DNA of 64,000 bases from Gammaproteobacteria bacterium (GTDB lineage: Bacteria > Pseudomonadota > Gammaproteobacteria > Eutrophobiales > Eutrophobiaceae), in contig JBFFIE010000005.1 of NCBI GenBank assembly GCA_041556555.1, forward strand, positions 7,998 through 71,997, in the 5' to 3' direction. A program made the position numbers and the translations under genes. Under the pieces are notes generated by a model, which saw only the letters and a program-made list of their open reading frames with translations, ran no database searches and was not told the origin of the DNA. Shown in pieces: positions 30,801 to 40,617 of the stretch (position 1 is the first letter of the stretch; each line of letters starts with the position of its first letter).

Positions 30801-30960
30801 ACCGATTATGTTCGGCACCGGCACTGGTTCTGAGGTTATGCAACGGATAGCCGCTCCCATGTTTGGAGGAATGATCACTGCAACAGTATTGACCCTGATT
30901 GTAATTCCGGCAATTTACTATCTATGGCGTAAACGATCAGTTAAATTAGCCAGTGAATAG
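27829..30960 (+). CDS. cusA: CusA/SilA heavy-metal RND permease
   Basis: DAIPDLSDVQVII, LGPDATGVGW, GAMVDAAIVMIEN, TEFMP..EGDLLYMP, MQRIAAPM. Confidence 0.96.
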   Translation: MIESIIDWSIRNRFLVLLLSVLLVFAGIYTLKETPVDAIPDLSDVQVIIKTSYPGQAPQVVEDQVTYPLTTAMLSVPYAVTVRGYSFFGDSYVYVIFKDGTDLYWARTRVLEYLSQIANRLPANARPALGPDATGVGWIYEYALVDRSGKNDLSMLRSLQDWFLKYELQTVPGVAEVATVGGFVKQYQVVVDPNRLRAYDIPMSTVIREIKRANEEVGASVIEMAEAEYMIRSSGYITGIEDIQNIPLSVTERGVPVLLGDIAHVRIGPQLRRGLAELNGEGEVVGGVVIMRWGDNAMKTINAVKKRLQELGNSLPEGVEIIETYDRSDLIKRAIENLRGKLVEEFIIVALVCAVFLFHFRSSLIIVLSLPLGILIAFIIMYLQGINANIMSLGGIAIAIGAMVDAAIVMIENVHKHLEKSEVTSEQRWKIISNVSKEVGPPLFFSLLIITLSFLPVFTLEAQEGRLFKPLAYTKTYAMAAAAGLSITLIPVLMGYLIRGKIIKENKNPVNRVLIFFYRPFIRLALTMPKTIIFAAIIITIIGFYPLKNLGTEFMPELDEGDLLYMPSTFPAVSVGKAQEILQQTDKLIRTIPEVETVFGKMGRAETATDPAPLSMVETTIQLKPRSEWREGLDLDGLKAELNRLIQFPGLANVFVMPIKNRIDMLATGIKTPVGIKISGPDLNVIDKIGLAIEPVVKEIPGAVSVYSERVTGGRYIQIDIDQLKAARLGLNIKDVQEIIQAAIGGVNVTETVEGLERYPVNVRYPRAFRESVSDLRLLPVVTPTGARIPLGDIADIEIVSGPPMIKSENARLTGWVFVDIAGRDIAGFVEEAKRAITNQVNLPSGYSLGWSGQYEYLQRAQERLRVVVPFTLIIIALLLYLNFRNLAEVAIIMLSLPFALVGGICYLYLLGYHLSVAIGVGFIALAGVAAETGVIMLVFLNQAYRRKLAIAESHNQPMSEYELKEAVTEGALLRVRPLIMTVSAIIAGLVPIMFGTGTGSEVMQRIAAPMFGGMITATVLTLIVIPAIYYLWRKRSVKLASE

Positions 30961-31137
30961 ATATAATAGAGGTTTTTCTAAATTGGTATCCTGTATTTGT
31001 GCATTTCACTGTAGCCTTGCTGGTAATTACCGGTTTTTTTCAGTTAGCATTATAGTTACCCCGGTTGAAGATAGATAAAAATTCAGCATTAATATTACAT
31101 TTTCTGTATTACTTTGCGGAAGTGTTAACCAAAACAT

Positions 31138-33423
31138 ATGAACAAGACCCATTGCCATTCACATAAATCCCAAGCACACCATACAAAAAACACAGATGGG
31201 AAATATTACTGCCCGATGTGTACTGGTGTGGAGCAGGATAAGCCGGGTGACTGTCCAAAATGCGGGATGACACTGGAAGCGTCTGTTCCGCGAAAATCAG
31301 ACTCCAAAACCCAATATACCTGTCCAATGCACCCTGAGGTTGTTCAGGATGAGCCGGGAGACTGTCCGCTGTGTGGTATGGCACTGGTGCCGATGGTTGT
31401 TTCCGGGGTCAGTGAAGATGATCTTGAACTGCGGTATATGCTCAGGCGGTTCTGGTTAAGTGTTTTATTGGCTCTCCCGGTGCTTTTCAGTGCCATGGGA
31501 TCCGAATTTTGGCCTGAACAATTTGCTGAAATAATACAACCCCGATTAAGACAATGGCTCGAGATGGTTCTGGCCACGCCGGTTGTACTCTGGGGCGGTT
31601 GGTCATTTTTTACGAGAGGCTGGAAATCTGTCATAACACGGCAACTGAATATGTTTACCCTGATCGGTCTTGGTATCGGCGTGGCATGGGCATACAGCGT
31701 GGTCGCTATCCTGTTGCCAGGAATATTCCCGGAAACAGTTAAGAATCATAATGGGATTGTGCCGGTGTATTTCGAAGCTGCTGCGGTGATTACAACCCTG
31801 GTTCTTTTGGGACAGGTGCTGGAACTGAGGGCGAGAAGCAAGACCAGCGAGGCAATCAAGATGTTACTTGGATTGGCACCCAAAACGGCGCGCGTGGTTC
31901 GGGAAGGGGGAGAAGAAGAGGATATACCGATTGGCGATGTGCAAATCGGGGACAAACTTCGTGTCAGGCCCGGTGAGAAAATACCGGTTGATGGGATTGT
32001 TATTGAGGGAAGTAGCAGTGTCGATGAATCAATGGTCACCGGTGAACCCATACCGGTCACCAAACGGATCGATGACAAACTGATCGGGGCCACAGTGAAT
32101 AGTACTGGTGGACTGGTTATGGAAGCGCAACGTGTCGGTAGTGATACCCTGTTATCCCAGATTGTGCATATGGTCTCTGAAGCCCAACGGAGCCGTGCGC
32201 CCATTCAGAAGATGGTGGATATTGTCTCCTCGTATTTCGTGCCCACTGTGGTGGTCATTGCAGTAATTACCATGATTGTATGGGGCAGCATCGGGCCTGA
32301 ACCTCGTCTGGCCCATGCCATCATAAATTCTGTTGCGGTGTTAATCATTGCCTGTCCCTGTGCATTAGGTCTGGCAACACCTATGTCTATCATGGTAGGT
32401 ACTGGCCGTGGTGCCTTGCTTGGGGTTTTGATAAAAAATGCGGAGTCACTGGAAGTCATGGAACAAATAGACACCCTGGTCGTAGACAAGACCGGAACCC
32501 TGACTGAGGGTAAACCCAGTCTCGTGAGTGTCGTTGCTATGACTGGATATGATGAAGATACCGTATTACGGCTGGCGGCCAGTCTCGAACGAAGCAGTGA
32601 ACATCCATTGGCTATGGCGATTGTCCAAGGTGCGAGAGACAGGGATATTCCACTTCTGGATGTTGCTGACTTTAACTCAATTACGGGCAAGGGTGTTTCT
32701 GGAAGAGTAGAGGGTCGCCAGGTTGCGATTGGTAACCGGAAACTGCTTGAAGACAAGGGCGTCAATGTAGATGGATTGACCGATAAGGCCGAAGAATTAC
32801 GGCGTGATGGCCAGACAGCGATGTTTGTGATTATCGATAACAAATCAGCAGGTATCCTTGGTGTGGCTGATCCCATCAAATCCTCTACGTCTGACGCAAT
32901 TAATACATTGCATGATGAAGATGTTGAAATAGTGATGTTAACTGGTGACAGTAAAACAACCGCGCAGGCGGTCGCCGGCAAGTTGAATATCGATCAAGTC
33001 ATTGCCGAGGTCCTGCCTGAGCAGAAAGTTGAAGTGATTAAACGCTTGCAGTCAGAGGGCCGCAAGGTAGCGATGGCTGGTGATGGCATTAATGATGCAC
33101 CGGCCCTGGCACAGGCCCATGTGGGTATTGCCATGGGGACAGGTACCGATGTCGCCATGGAGAGTGCCGGGGTGACCCTGGTTAAGGGAGATTTGAGAGG
33201 AATCGCAAGAGCCCGAAGACTCAGCCGAGCCACCATGCTTAATATCCGGCAGAATCTTTTCTTCGCCTTTATATATAACTCACTTGGTGTGCCTGTGGCT
33301 GCCGGTGTCCTGTATCCTTTCTTTGGTTTGTTGTTATCACCCATGATTGCAGCAGCGGCCATGAGTTTCAGTTCACTGTCAGTGGTAGCGAATGCCTTAC
33401 GCCTGCAAAAAGTAAGTTTGTAA
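31138..33423 (+). CDS. copA: Copper-translocating P1B-type ATPase
   Basis: Two N-terminal CPM..CPxCGM domains, [39 protein letters not shown]. Confidence 0.95.
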   Translation: MNKTHCHSHKSQAHHTKNTDGKYYCPMCTGVEQDKPGDCPKCGMTLEASVPRKSDSKTQYTCPMHPEVVQDEPGDCPLCGMALVPMVVSGVSEDDLELRYMLRRFWLSVLLALPVLFSAMGSEFWPEQFAEIIQPRLRQWLEMVLATPVVLWGGWSFFTRGWKSVITRQLNMFTLIGLGIGVAWAYSVVAILLPGIFPETVKNHNGIVPVYFEAAAVITTLVLLGQVLELRARSKTSEAIKMLLGLAPKTARVVREGGEEEDIPIGDVQIGDKLRVRPGEKIPVDGIVIEGSSSVDESMVTGEPIPVTKRIDDKLIGATVNSTGGLVMEAQRVGSDTLLSQIVHMVSEAQRSRAPIQKMVDIVSSYFVPTVVVIAVITMIVWGSIGPEPRLAHAIINSVAVLIIACPCALGLATPMSIMVGTGRGALLGVLIKNAESLEVMEQIDTLVVDKTGTLTEGKPSLVSVVAMTGYDEDTVLRLAASLERSSEHPLAMAIVQGARDRDIPLLDVADFNSITGKGVSGRVEGRQVAIGNRKLLEDKGVNVDGLTDKAEELRRDGQTAMFVIIDNKSAGILGVADPIKSSTSDAINTLHDEDVEIVMLTGDSKTTAQAVAGKLNIDQVIAEVLPEQKVEVIKRLQSEGRKVAMAGDGINDAPALAQAHVGIAMGTGTDVAMESAGVTLVKGDLRGIARARRLSRATMLNIRQNLFFAFIYNSLGVPVAAGVLYPFFGLLLSPMIAAAAMSFSSLSVVANALRLQKVSL

Positions 33424-33483
33424 AAGATACAGTTTAATTAATGTATCAAGTTATTTATTTGGGGATTTTAAATAATATGAAAG

Positions 33484-33525
33484 TTGATCTTAATCAATAT
33501 ATAAAAGCAGGATGCTTTATATAAT
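33484..33525 (+). promoter_or_regulatory. FNR/ANR box with class II promoter geometry
   Basis: Perfect TTGAT-CTTA-ATCAA (33484-33497); TATAAT at 33520 starts 29.5 bp from box centre. Confidence 0.75.
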
Positions 33526-33608
33526 ATTTATATTAAATCTAATTATCTTGTTGATGTTAGTCATCGTGGCAACTGATGTTTTTATTAACAATACAGGAGG
33601 AACATGAA

Positions 33609-33875
33609 ATGAAAAAATCAATTTTCATTTTGCTTTTAACCTCGGCACTCTATGCTGGTGCAGCTGACATGGGTAATGATCAACCATTACGTTTAAAGGA
33701 CGGTTCCTATCTATTCATCAGCGAGGATAACACTATGCGCATGGTTGATAAAGATGGTAGACCTATTCAAATGAAAGATGGTGTCGAGATGGAACTGGAA
33801 GATGGTACATTGATTATGATGAAGAATGAAAAGATCTGGCGGCATGATCATAGAAAACATAAAGGTTTGAAATAA
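33609..33875 (+). CDS. copK: CopK-family periplasmic copper-binding protein
   Basis: LKDGSYLFI..MRMVDKDG..MKDGVEMELEDGTLIMMKN..IWR; GGAGG RBS. Confidence 0.85.
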   Translation: MKKSIFILLLTSALYAGAADMGNDQPLRLKDGSYLFISEDNTMRMVDKDGRPIQMKDGVEMELEDGTLIMMKNEKIWRHDHRKHKGLK

Positions 33876-33903
33876 TAACTATTGATGTGATTTCCAATTT
33901 CAG

Positions 33904-33934
33904 GATTGCAGTACTGCAGAATGGTACTGCAATC
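33904..33934 (+). terminator. Hairpin after copK
   Basis: GATTGCAGTAC-N9-GTACTGCAATC followed by T-rich tract. Confidence 0.65.
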
Positions 33935-34044
33935 TTCATTTATTTCGTTGGTATTCTGATTAATATTACAAAATGTTTAATTAATTTTAATGGGTTATTG
34001 TAAATGCTGGTGATAAATATGAACAACAATCTCTTCCAAGAATA

Positions 34045-34179
34045 ATGACGTTTCCAATATTTGTGTATTTCTACATAAGACTTGCAAGAAAGGAAGAGGA
34101 AGAAGCACTCCAAGGACTTGGAGAAAAATATAGAAATTATATGAAAACAACACCGGCGTTTATTGCATCATTAACGTAA
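34045..34179 (+). pseudogene. C-terminal remnant of isoprenylcysteine carboxyl methyltransferase-family membrane protein
   Basis: MTFPIFVYFYIRLARKEEEEALQGLGEKYRNYMKTTPAFI resembles the family C-terminus (FP..Y.RLA..EE...G..Y..Y..TPAF); N-terminal part absent. Confidence 0.6.
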
Positions 34180-34257
34180 CAGTTTCAGTGATAATAAGAT
34201 TGATTCATTGTAGAAATATACTTTGGATAAGAAACCAGGGAACCAGGGATTTTCTTT

Positions 34258-35592
34258 ATGACAGACCCACACACAAATTCAAGGGATAAAGACAGAAAAA
34301 CCATATATAAAACAAATAGCCTTTCACTCACTGGCGCTGTATCAATGGGTACCGGTGTCATGATCGGGGCAGGTATCTTTGCCCTGACCGGGCAAATTGC
34401 AGAATTGGCGGGCAGCGCATTCCCTCTGGTCTTTCTAGCAGCGGCTATTGTCACCGCATTCAGTGCCTATTCTTATGTAAAAATGTCAAATGCATATCCT
34501 TCTGCAGGTGGAATTGCAATGTTCCTGGAGAAGGCTTATGGCAAGAGCACTGTGACAGCTTCTTGTGGCTTGTTGATGTATTTTTCGATGGTTATTAATG
34601 AAAGCCTGGTTGCCAGGACTTTTGGTACCTATTCGTTGCAGTTGTTTGATATTGAACAAACCAGTTGGCTTGTTCCACTTCTTGGTGTTTGTCTTCTTAT
34701 ATTTGCTTTTATTGTAAATATTTCAGGTAATCGATTCATAGGCACTTTTTCCCTGATAATGGCATTGGTCAAAATCGGGGGTATCTCCATTTTTGCCATT
34801 GTTGGTTTATGGCTTTCCGGTTTGTCGTTTGAAAGTATTTCAACAGATCCTTCAAGTACTGGAGCTTCAGGATTTCTCGCAGCAATGGCATTGGCAATTT
34901 TGTCTTATAAGGGGTTCACAACAATTACCAACAGCGGTTCTGAAATCAGGGATCCCCATCGTAATGTTGGCCGGGCAATTATTATCTCAATTGCAATCTG
35001 CGTTGTTATCTATTTTTTGGTAGCACTGGCTGTTGCAGGGAATCTTGAGCTGTCAGAGATTATCAAAGCGAGGGATTTTGCTCTGGCAGAAGCATCACGG
35101 CCCGCACTGGGTAATTATGGTTTATGGTTTACGGTTGTGTTGGCAATTATTGCTACCGTTTCCGGAATAATTGCCAGCACCTTCGCTGTATCACGAATGC
35201 TTGCCATGCTGACGGATATGAAACTTGTTCCGCACAGTCATTTTGGCATGCCAGGAAGTATTCAAAAACACACGCTTGTTTATACTGTTGTGCTTGCCAT
35301 CGTCTTAACGGCATTTTTTGATCTCAGCCGCATCGCTTCCCTGGGGGCAATTTTTTATATCATCATGGACATTGCAGTACATTGGGGAGTTCTTAATCAC
35401 TTAAAAAAAGAGCTTCATGCCAATGTGATCATCTTATTAACAGCAATTATATTTGACATTATTGTTCTGGCCGCTTTTCTATGGATAAAAGCATCTACAG
35501 ATATATTTATTGTTTATGCATCGCTACTGGCTATAATTTTTATTTTCCTGGGAGAAAAGGTTTTTCTTTGGTTCAGGCCGGGAACCGGTTAG
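34258..35592 (+). CDS. APC-family permease
   Basis: GTGVMIGAGIFAL, PSAGG, YKGF..ITNSG.E; many hydrophobic segments. Confidence 0.88.
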   Translation: MTDPHTNSRDKDRKTIYKTNSLSLTGAVSMGTGVMIGAGIFALTGQIAELAGSAFPLVFLAAAIVTAFSAYSYVKMSNAYPSAGGIAMFLEKAYGKSTVTASCGLLMYFSMVINESLVARTFGTYSLQLFDIEQTSWLVPLLGVCLLIFAFIVNISGNRFIGTFSLIMALVKIGGISIFAIVGLWLSGLSFESISTDPSSTGASGFLAAMALAILSYKGFTTITNSGSEIRDPHRNVGRAIIISIAICVVIYFLVALAVAGNLELSEIIKARDFALAEASRPALGNYGLWFTVVLAIIATVSGIIASTFAVSRMLAMLTDMKLVPHSHFGMPGSIQKHTLVYTVVLAIVLTAFFDLSRIASLGAIFYIIMDIAVHWGVLNHLKKELHANVIILLTAIIFDIIVLAAFLWIKASTDIFIVYASLLAIIFIFLGEKVFLWFRPGTG

Positions 35593-35633
35593 AGTAAGCT
35601 TTTTGTAGTCACCATGTTTATAGATTTCCTCAT

Positions 35634-36992
35634 ATGAAAATTAGATTTCTTGGCGCCGCAGAGACTGTAACCGGTTCAAGGTTTCTGGTTGAAACCGAAG
35701 AGAAACGAATCCTGATCGATTGTGGTCTGTTTCAGGGCTTGAAAAAATTACGTCTGCGAAACTGGGCGCAATTCCCGGTCGATCCCTCCTCGATCGATGC
35801 CGTGGTACTCACACATGCACATATTGATCATAGCGGCTACCTGCCCGCACTTGTCAAGCAGGGTTTTGCAGGAAAAATCTATTGCACTCCGGCTACGGAT
35901 GCCCTCTGCAGGATCTTATTACCTGATTCCGGCTATCTCCAGGAAGAGGAAGCAAATAACGCAAACAAGTATGGTTACAGCAAACATAAACCGGCATTGC
36001 CACTTTATACACGGGATGATGCAGAAAATTGCCTTGAGTATTTTGAGACTGTTTCCAGTGAAAAGGAATTTCATCCGGCCAGGGGATTCAGTATTAAATT
36101 TAGGCCTGTCGGTCATATACTCGGGGCAGCCAGCGTGTACCTGACATTTAATGATAAAATAGTTCTGTTTACCGGTGATATCGGCAGGCCAAAAGACCCG
36201 GTAATGAAGCCGCCTGCAGACATTGAAGAAACTGATTATCTTGTTGTTGAATCAACCTATGGAGACAGGAAGCATCCCCGAACCAGCCCAAAAAAAGAAT
36301 TGGAGAGGGCAGTAAACTATGCCATTAAAAGGGGAGGGGTCGTACTTATTCCCAGTTTTGCCGTAGGACGTGCCCAGACCATAATGCATTTGATTAGTGA
36401 ACTCACTGAAGAGGGAAAGCTGCCCAATATCCCGGTTTTTCTGGACAGCCCGATGGCGATTGATGCCACCGAAACTTTTTGTTATTTCAGGGATCAGCAT
36501 CGCCTTTCAGAAGAACAATGTCGCTTGATGTGTGACAGGATAACCTATACTCGAAGTGTCGAGGAATCTAAAGCTATTGCAACTCAACTTGCGCCCAAGA
36601 TTATTATTTCAGCAAGTGGAATGCTGACCGGCGGGAGAGTGGTTCATCATTTGAAACACTATCTGGGAAGGAGAGAAAATGTGGTTGTGTTTGCCGGTTA
36701 CCAGGCAGCCGGCACCCGTGGTGCAGCCATGCAGGCAGGTGCAGAGAGCGTGAAGATTCATGGCGAATATTATCCTGTCAGGGCAAAACTGGTAACAATT
36801 GATGCCTTATCAGCACACGCTGATTATTCAGAAATAATTAATTGGTTATCTCATCTTAAACATCCACCCAAAAAAACATTTATTGTTCACGGTGAGGCCC
36901 ATAGCCAGGATGCGTTTCGGCGGCACATTAAGGATTCACTGGGATGGCAGGCAACGATACCTGAACAGGGTGATAGCGTTAAGCTGGACTAG
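35634..36992 (+). CDS. MBL-fold beta-CASP nuclease (YSH1-like)
   Basis: THAHIDH, GHILG, FTGD, VESTYG, PSFAVGR, SAHAD, VHGE. Confidence 0.92.
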   Translation: MKIRFLGAAETVTGSRFLVETEEKRILIDCGLFQGLKKLRLRNWAQFPVDPSSIDAVVLTHAHIDHSGYLPALVKQGFAGKIYCTPATDALCRILLPDSGYLQEEEANNANKYGYSKHKPALPLYTRDDAENCLEYFETVSSEKEFHPARGFSIKFRPVGHILGAASVYLTFNDKIVLFTGDIGRPKDPVMKPPADIEETDYLVVESTYGDRKHPRTSPKKELERAVNYAIKRGGVVLIPSFAVGRAQTIMHLISELTEEGKLPNIPVFLDSPMAIDATETFCYFRDQHRLSEEQCRLMCDRITYTRSVEESKAIATQLAPKIIISASGMLTGGRVVHHLKHYLGRRENVVVFAGYQAAGTRGAAMQAGAESVKIHGEYYPVRAKLVTIDALSAHADYSEIINWLSHLKHPPKKTFIVHGEAHSQDAFRRHIKDSLGWQATIPEQGDSVKLD

Positions 36993-37004
36993 ACAGCACG
37001 AAAA

Positions 37005-38531
37005 ATGAGTACACAAGCCACAGAAATCTCCAAAAATACCCTGCGGGTCAGGCGTCTGGGCATTGATACATACAGTAAGCCAGTGATCTATATGCGTCAT
37101 GATTGTCACATCTGTAAATCCGAGGGCTTTGAGGCATTGTCCAGGGTCTCGGTCTCTACGGATAAAGAAACCATTATCGCCTCACTGAATATTGTTAATA
37201 ACGAGCTATTAAATCCGGGTGAAATAGGATTATCAGATGCCGCATGGAGAATGTTGGCTCCTGATGATAACCAGGCTGTTTACCTTTCACACCCGGATCC
37301 GGTTACATCACACAGTCACGTACGCGCAAAAGTCTATGGCCACTCTTTATCTGATCATCAGCTAACGCAGATTATGCAGGATATAGTCAAAGGTCATTAT
37401 GATGATATCTATCTTTCGGCATTTATAACCGCCTGTGCGGGCAGTAGGCTGAACTTTGATGAAATTGTTTCGTTGACAAAATCCATGATAAATGTGGGCA
37501 GGCAACTTTCCTGGGGCAACGAGATCGTTGTTGATAAGCATTGTATTGGTGGTTTACCCGGTAACAGGACTACCATGATCATAGTTCCCATCGTGACATC
37601 GTTCGGACTTGTCATGCCAAAGACCTCGTCCCGTGCCATTACCTCTCCCGCAGGAACAGCAGACGCAATGGAGATGCTCGCACCGGTCAATCTCTCGGTT
37701 GAGGAATTGCGTAATGTTATTGAAAAAGAAGGAGGGTGTATTATCTGGGGAGGATCGGTTTATCTGAGTCCTGCTGACGATATTTTAATTACAGTAGAGA
37801 GACAACTTGATATTGACAGCGAGGGACAGTTAATAGCATCGGTACTCTCGAAAAAGGTGGCTGCCGGCTCAACTCATGTCCTTATTGATATTCCGGTAGG
37901 CCCAACGGCCAAGGTACGTTCATTAAACCTGGCCAATGAACTGTCCAATTTGATGATAACCGTTGGTGAAGAAATCGGGTTGAATGTTCGTACAAAGATT
38001 ACGGACGGTAGTCAACCGGTCGGGCGTGGTATTGGCCCGGCGTTGGAAGCCCATGATGTCCTGGCAGTGTTACGTAATGATCCAGGCGCACCAGAAGATT
38101 TGAGGGAGAGAAGCCTTGAACTTGCCGGTGATATCCTTGAGATATCCGGGAAAGTGCCGGAGGGGAAGGGATATACTGAGGCAATGAAAGTGCTGGACTC
38201 AGGCGCCGCCCTGGAAAAATTCCGTTCCATCTGTGAAGCCCAGGGCGAGATTCGGGAACCGGGCAAGGCGAAATATTCCCGTGACGTTTGTGCGAAAGAA
38301 GCGGGTATTGTTAGTGATATTGATAACCGCAGACTTTCCTTGACGGCAAAACTTGCCGGCGCGCCTATTGCATCTACCGCTGGTATTTACCTCCATGTAA
38401 AATTGGGTTCAGTTGTTTCCAGTGACCAACCGCTATATACCATTTATGCAGAAGCACCGGGTGAACTTGATTACGCACTAGATTACATTTCTGCGCAGGA
38501 AGATATAATCACAATCAACCCGGACGGATGA
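37005..38531 (+). CDS. Thymidine phosphorylase family, AMP-phosphorylase-like long form
   Basis: N-terminal extension with CHIC; DKHCIGGLPGNRTT, PKTSSRAITSPAGTAD, QPVGRGIGPALEA. Confidence 0.9.
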   Translation: MSTQATEISKNTLRVRRLGIDTYSKPVIYMRHDCHICKSEGFEALSRVSVSTDKETIIASLNIVNNELLNPGEIGLSDAAWRMLAPDDNQAVYLSHPDPVTSHSHVRAKVYGHSLSDHQLTQIMQDIVKGHYDDIYLSAFITACAGSRLNFDEIVSLTKSMINVGRQLSWGNEIVVDKHCIGGLPGNRTTMIIVPIVTSFGLVMPKTSSRAITSPAGTADAMEMLAPVNLSVEELRNVIEKEGGCIIWGGSVYLSPADDILITVERQLDIDSEGQLIASVLSKKVAAGSTHVLIDIPVGPTAKVRSLNLANELSNLMITVGEEIGLNVRTKITDGSQPVGRGIGPALEAHDVLAVLRNDPGAPEDLRERSLELAGDILEISGKVPEGKGYTEAMKVLDSGAALEKFRSICEAQGEIREPGKAKYSRDVCAKEAGIVSDIDNRRLSLTAKLAGAPIASTAGIYLHVKLGSVVSSDQPLYTIYAEAPGELDYALDYISAQEDIITINPDG

Positions 38532-39427
38532 TAATGCAAATGGATGCTACTGTTATTTCATTTGCAGATAACAAATCACTTGCCGGCCATATTGCAAACC
38601 AGTTAAACGCGGTTTATACAATTGCAATAGTCCATGAATTTCCTGACGGTGAATCCTGTGTACGGATAGATCCTTCAAAGATCTGTGACACGGTTTTTGT
38701 AATAAATTCGCTCTATCATCCTGACCGGCTGGTTTTGCCGTTGCTTTTCCTTGCAGAAACCTTGCGTGATTATGGCGGCAAGGAGATTACACTGGTTGCT
38801 CCTTATCTTGCCTATATGCGTCAGGACAAGCGTTTCAATGAAGGGGAGGGAATCAGCGCACATTATTTTGCCCGATTGATTTCAGAATATTTTGATGGAT
38901 TGGTTACTGTTGATCCTCACCTGCATCGGATCAAGTCTCTCGATGAAATTTATACCATCCCTTCGCATGCAATACACGCTGCACCTGTAGTGGCTGACTG
39001 GATTCACAATAATATAAAACAGCCCTTGTTAATTGGCCCTGACAGTGAAAGCGAACAATGGGTAAAGGATCTGGCACAAAGGGCACAATCACCTTATGTC
39101 GTTCTGGAAAAAATCCGGTATGGTGACAATAAAGTTGAGGTCAGTGTTCCGCAAGTTCAGAAATGGTTAAAACATACCCCTGTGTTATTTGACGATATTA
39201 TTTCTACCGGCAGGACTATGATTGAAACGATCAAGCATTTGAAACAGCCTGACTTGGCAGCACCGGTTTGCATTGGTGTGCATGGTATTTTTTCAGGCAA
39301 TGCTTACCAGGAGTTGGTTGCTGCTGGTGCCAGTAAAGTAGTTACCGCAAATACCATTGAGCATCACTCAAACGAGATTAATATTGCTATACCGATCGTC
39401 CAGGCAATTAATCAGCTAAAATTTTAG
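38528..39427 (+). CDS. Divergent ribose-phosphate pyrophosphokinase family protein
   Basis: FPDGE, PYLAYMRQD, DPHLH, GPDSES, DDIISTGRT; overlaps phosphorylase stop. Confidence 0.88.
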   Translation: MIMQMDATVISFADNKSLAGHIANQLNAVYTIAIVHEFPDGESCVRIDPSKICDTVFVINSLYHPDRLVLPLLFLAETLRDYGGKEITLVAPYLAYMRQDKRFNEGEGISAHYFARLISEYFDGLVTVDPHLHRIKSLDEIYTIPSHAIHAAPVVADWIHNNIKQPLLIGPDSESEQWVKDLAQRAQSPYVVLEKIRYGDNKVEVSVPQVQKWLKHTPVLFDDIISTGRTMIETIKHLKQPDLAAPVCIGVHGIFSGNAYQELVAAGASKVVTANTIEHHSNEINIAIPIVQAINQLKF

Positions 39428-39486
39428 TGAATTCAATGAATAATTATTTTCAGGAATGATCATGATTTGAATATATATCATGGCTT

Positions 39487-40617
39487 ATGTTTCGTTTAAT
39501 TTATAGACAGCTCCTGTACGATCGTTACCGTACACTTTTGACTGCGCTGGCCATCGGGGCGGTTATCAGCCTGATGCTCATACTTGACGGGTTTCAGCAA
39601 GGGTTATACCACCAGCTAGGGATGACTGTAAAAAACAGGGGAGCCGATTTGATTCTTTCCCAGGCTGGTGTATCCAATCTAATTGCCTCACGTTCAATTA
39701 TTCCCCAGCTTACCCGGCTTGATGTAGAAGAAATTGATGGTGTGAAGAATGCTTATCCTTTGACCAGTATATCGGCTATCTATCGAAAAAATGACAGGAA
39801 AAATCCTGTTTATGTATTTGTTTATGATGTAAAAGGCGGCCCCTTGTCATTTGTCGATGGAAATTTCATAGATGGGCCGCGTGAAATCATTATTGATCAG
39901 GCTCTGGCGAAGCTATATGACCTGGCACCAGGTGATTCGTTTGTTTTAACTGATTTCGAATTTACTATAGCAGGGATTTCAGAAAATACTTCGGCATTAT
40001 TTACACCATTTGCCTTTATCAAATTTGATGATTTGATCGATTTTTATCTGGAATCGGATATTGCCGCAGATATTACCACCTTTCCTTTGCTGAGTTACCT
40101 GCTGGTAGAGCTTGATGACAACGTAGATAAGGAGGCAGTCAGCCGGGCAATTGAAACCTCTATACCGGATGTAGATGTATTTTTACCGGAAGAACTTGCT
40201 AAAAACGATGTACAACTGGGACATGAATTATTTGGGCCTATTCTAAATCTACTTGTTCTAATTGCTTATATTATTGGCCTGTTAGCTATTGGTATTATTA
40301 TGTTTACAACTGCTCATGAGCGTAAGCGGAGTCTGGCAGTAGTCAGGGCATTGGGTTTCCCTGTTAGTAAAATCGCCATATCAGTTACAATTGAAACGGC
40401 AATATTGGTACTAATTGCATTCCCTGTTGGAATGGTTATAGCGCAGATAATCACTGGTTTGATTACCTGGGTTGCCCCGGTTTATCTTGTTTTACCCCTG
40501 GATCCATCCACGCTACTCAGGACATTATCAGCCTGCATTGTTCTTTCCTTTTTAGGGGCTTTCATTGCCATATATATCATTTCAAGAATTGAACCTGAGA
40601 TTGCCTTCAGGAGTTGA
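39487..40617 (+). CDS. ABC transporter permease (MacB/FtsX family) 1
   Basis: RTLLTALAIG, large periplasmic loop, ERKRSLAVVRALG. Confidence 0.85.
   Translation: MFRLIYRQLLYDRYRTLLTALAIGAVISLMLILDGFQQGLYHQLGMTVKNRGADLILSQAGVSNLIASRSIIPQLTRLDVEEIDGVKNAYPLTSISAIYRKNDRKNPVYVFVYDVKGGPLSFVDGNFIDGPREIIIDQALAKLYDLAPGDSFVLTDFEFTIAGISENTSALFTPFAFIKFDDLIDFYLESDIAADITTFPLLSYLLVELDDNVDKEAVSRAIETSIPDVDVFLPEELAKNDVQLGHELFGPILNLLVLIAYIIGLLAIGIIMFTTAHERKRSLAVVRALGFPVSKIAISVTIETAILVLIAFPVGMVIAQIITGLITWVAPVYLVLPLDPSTLLRTLSACIVLSFLGAFIAIYIISRIEPEIAFRS

Noticed and set aside
32205-33362. Long antisense ORFs over copA
   Set aside because: Mirror frames of a clearly real P-type ATPase
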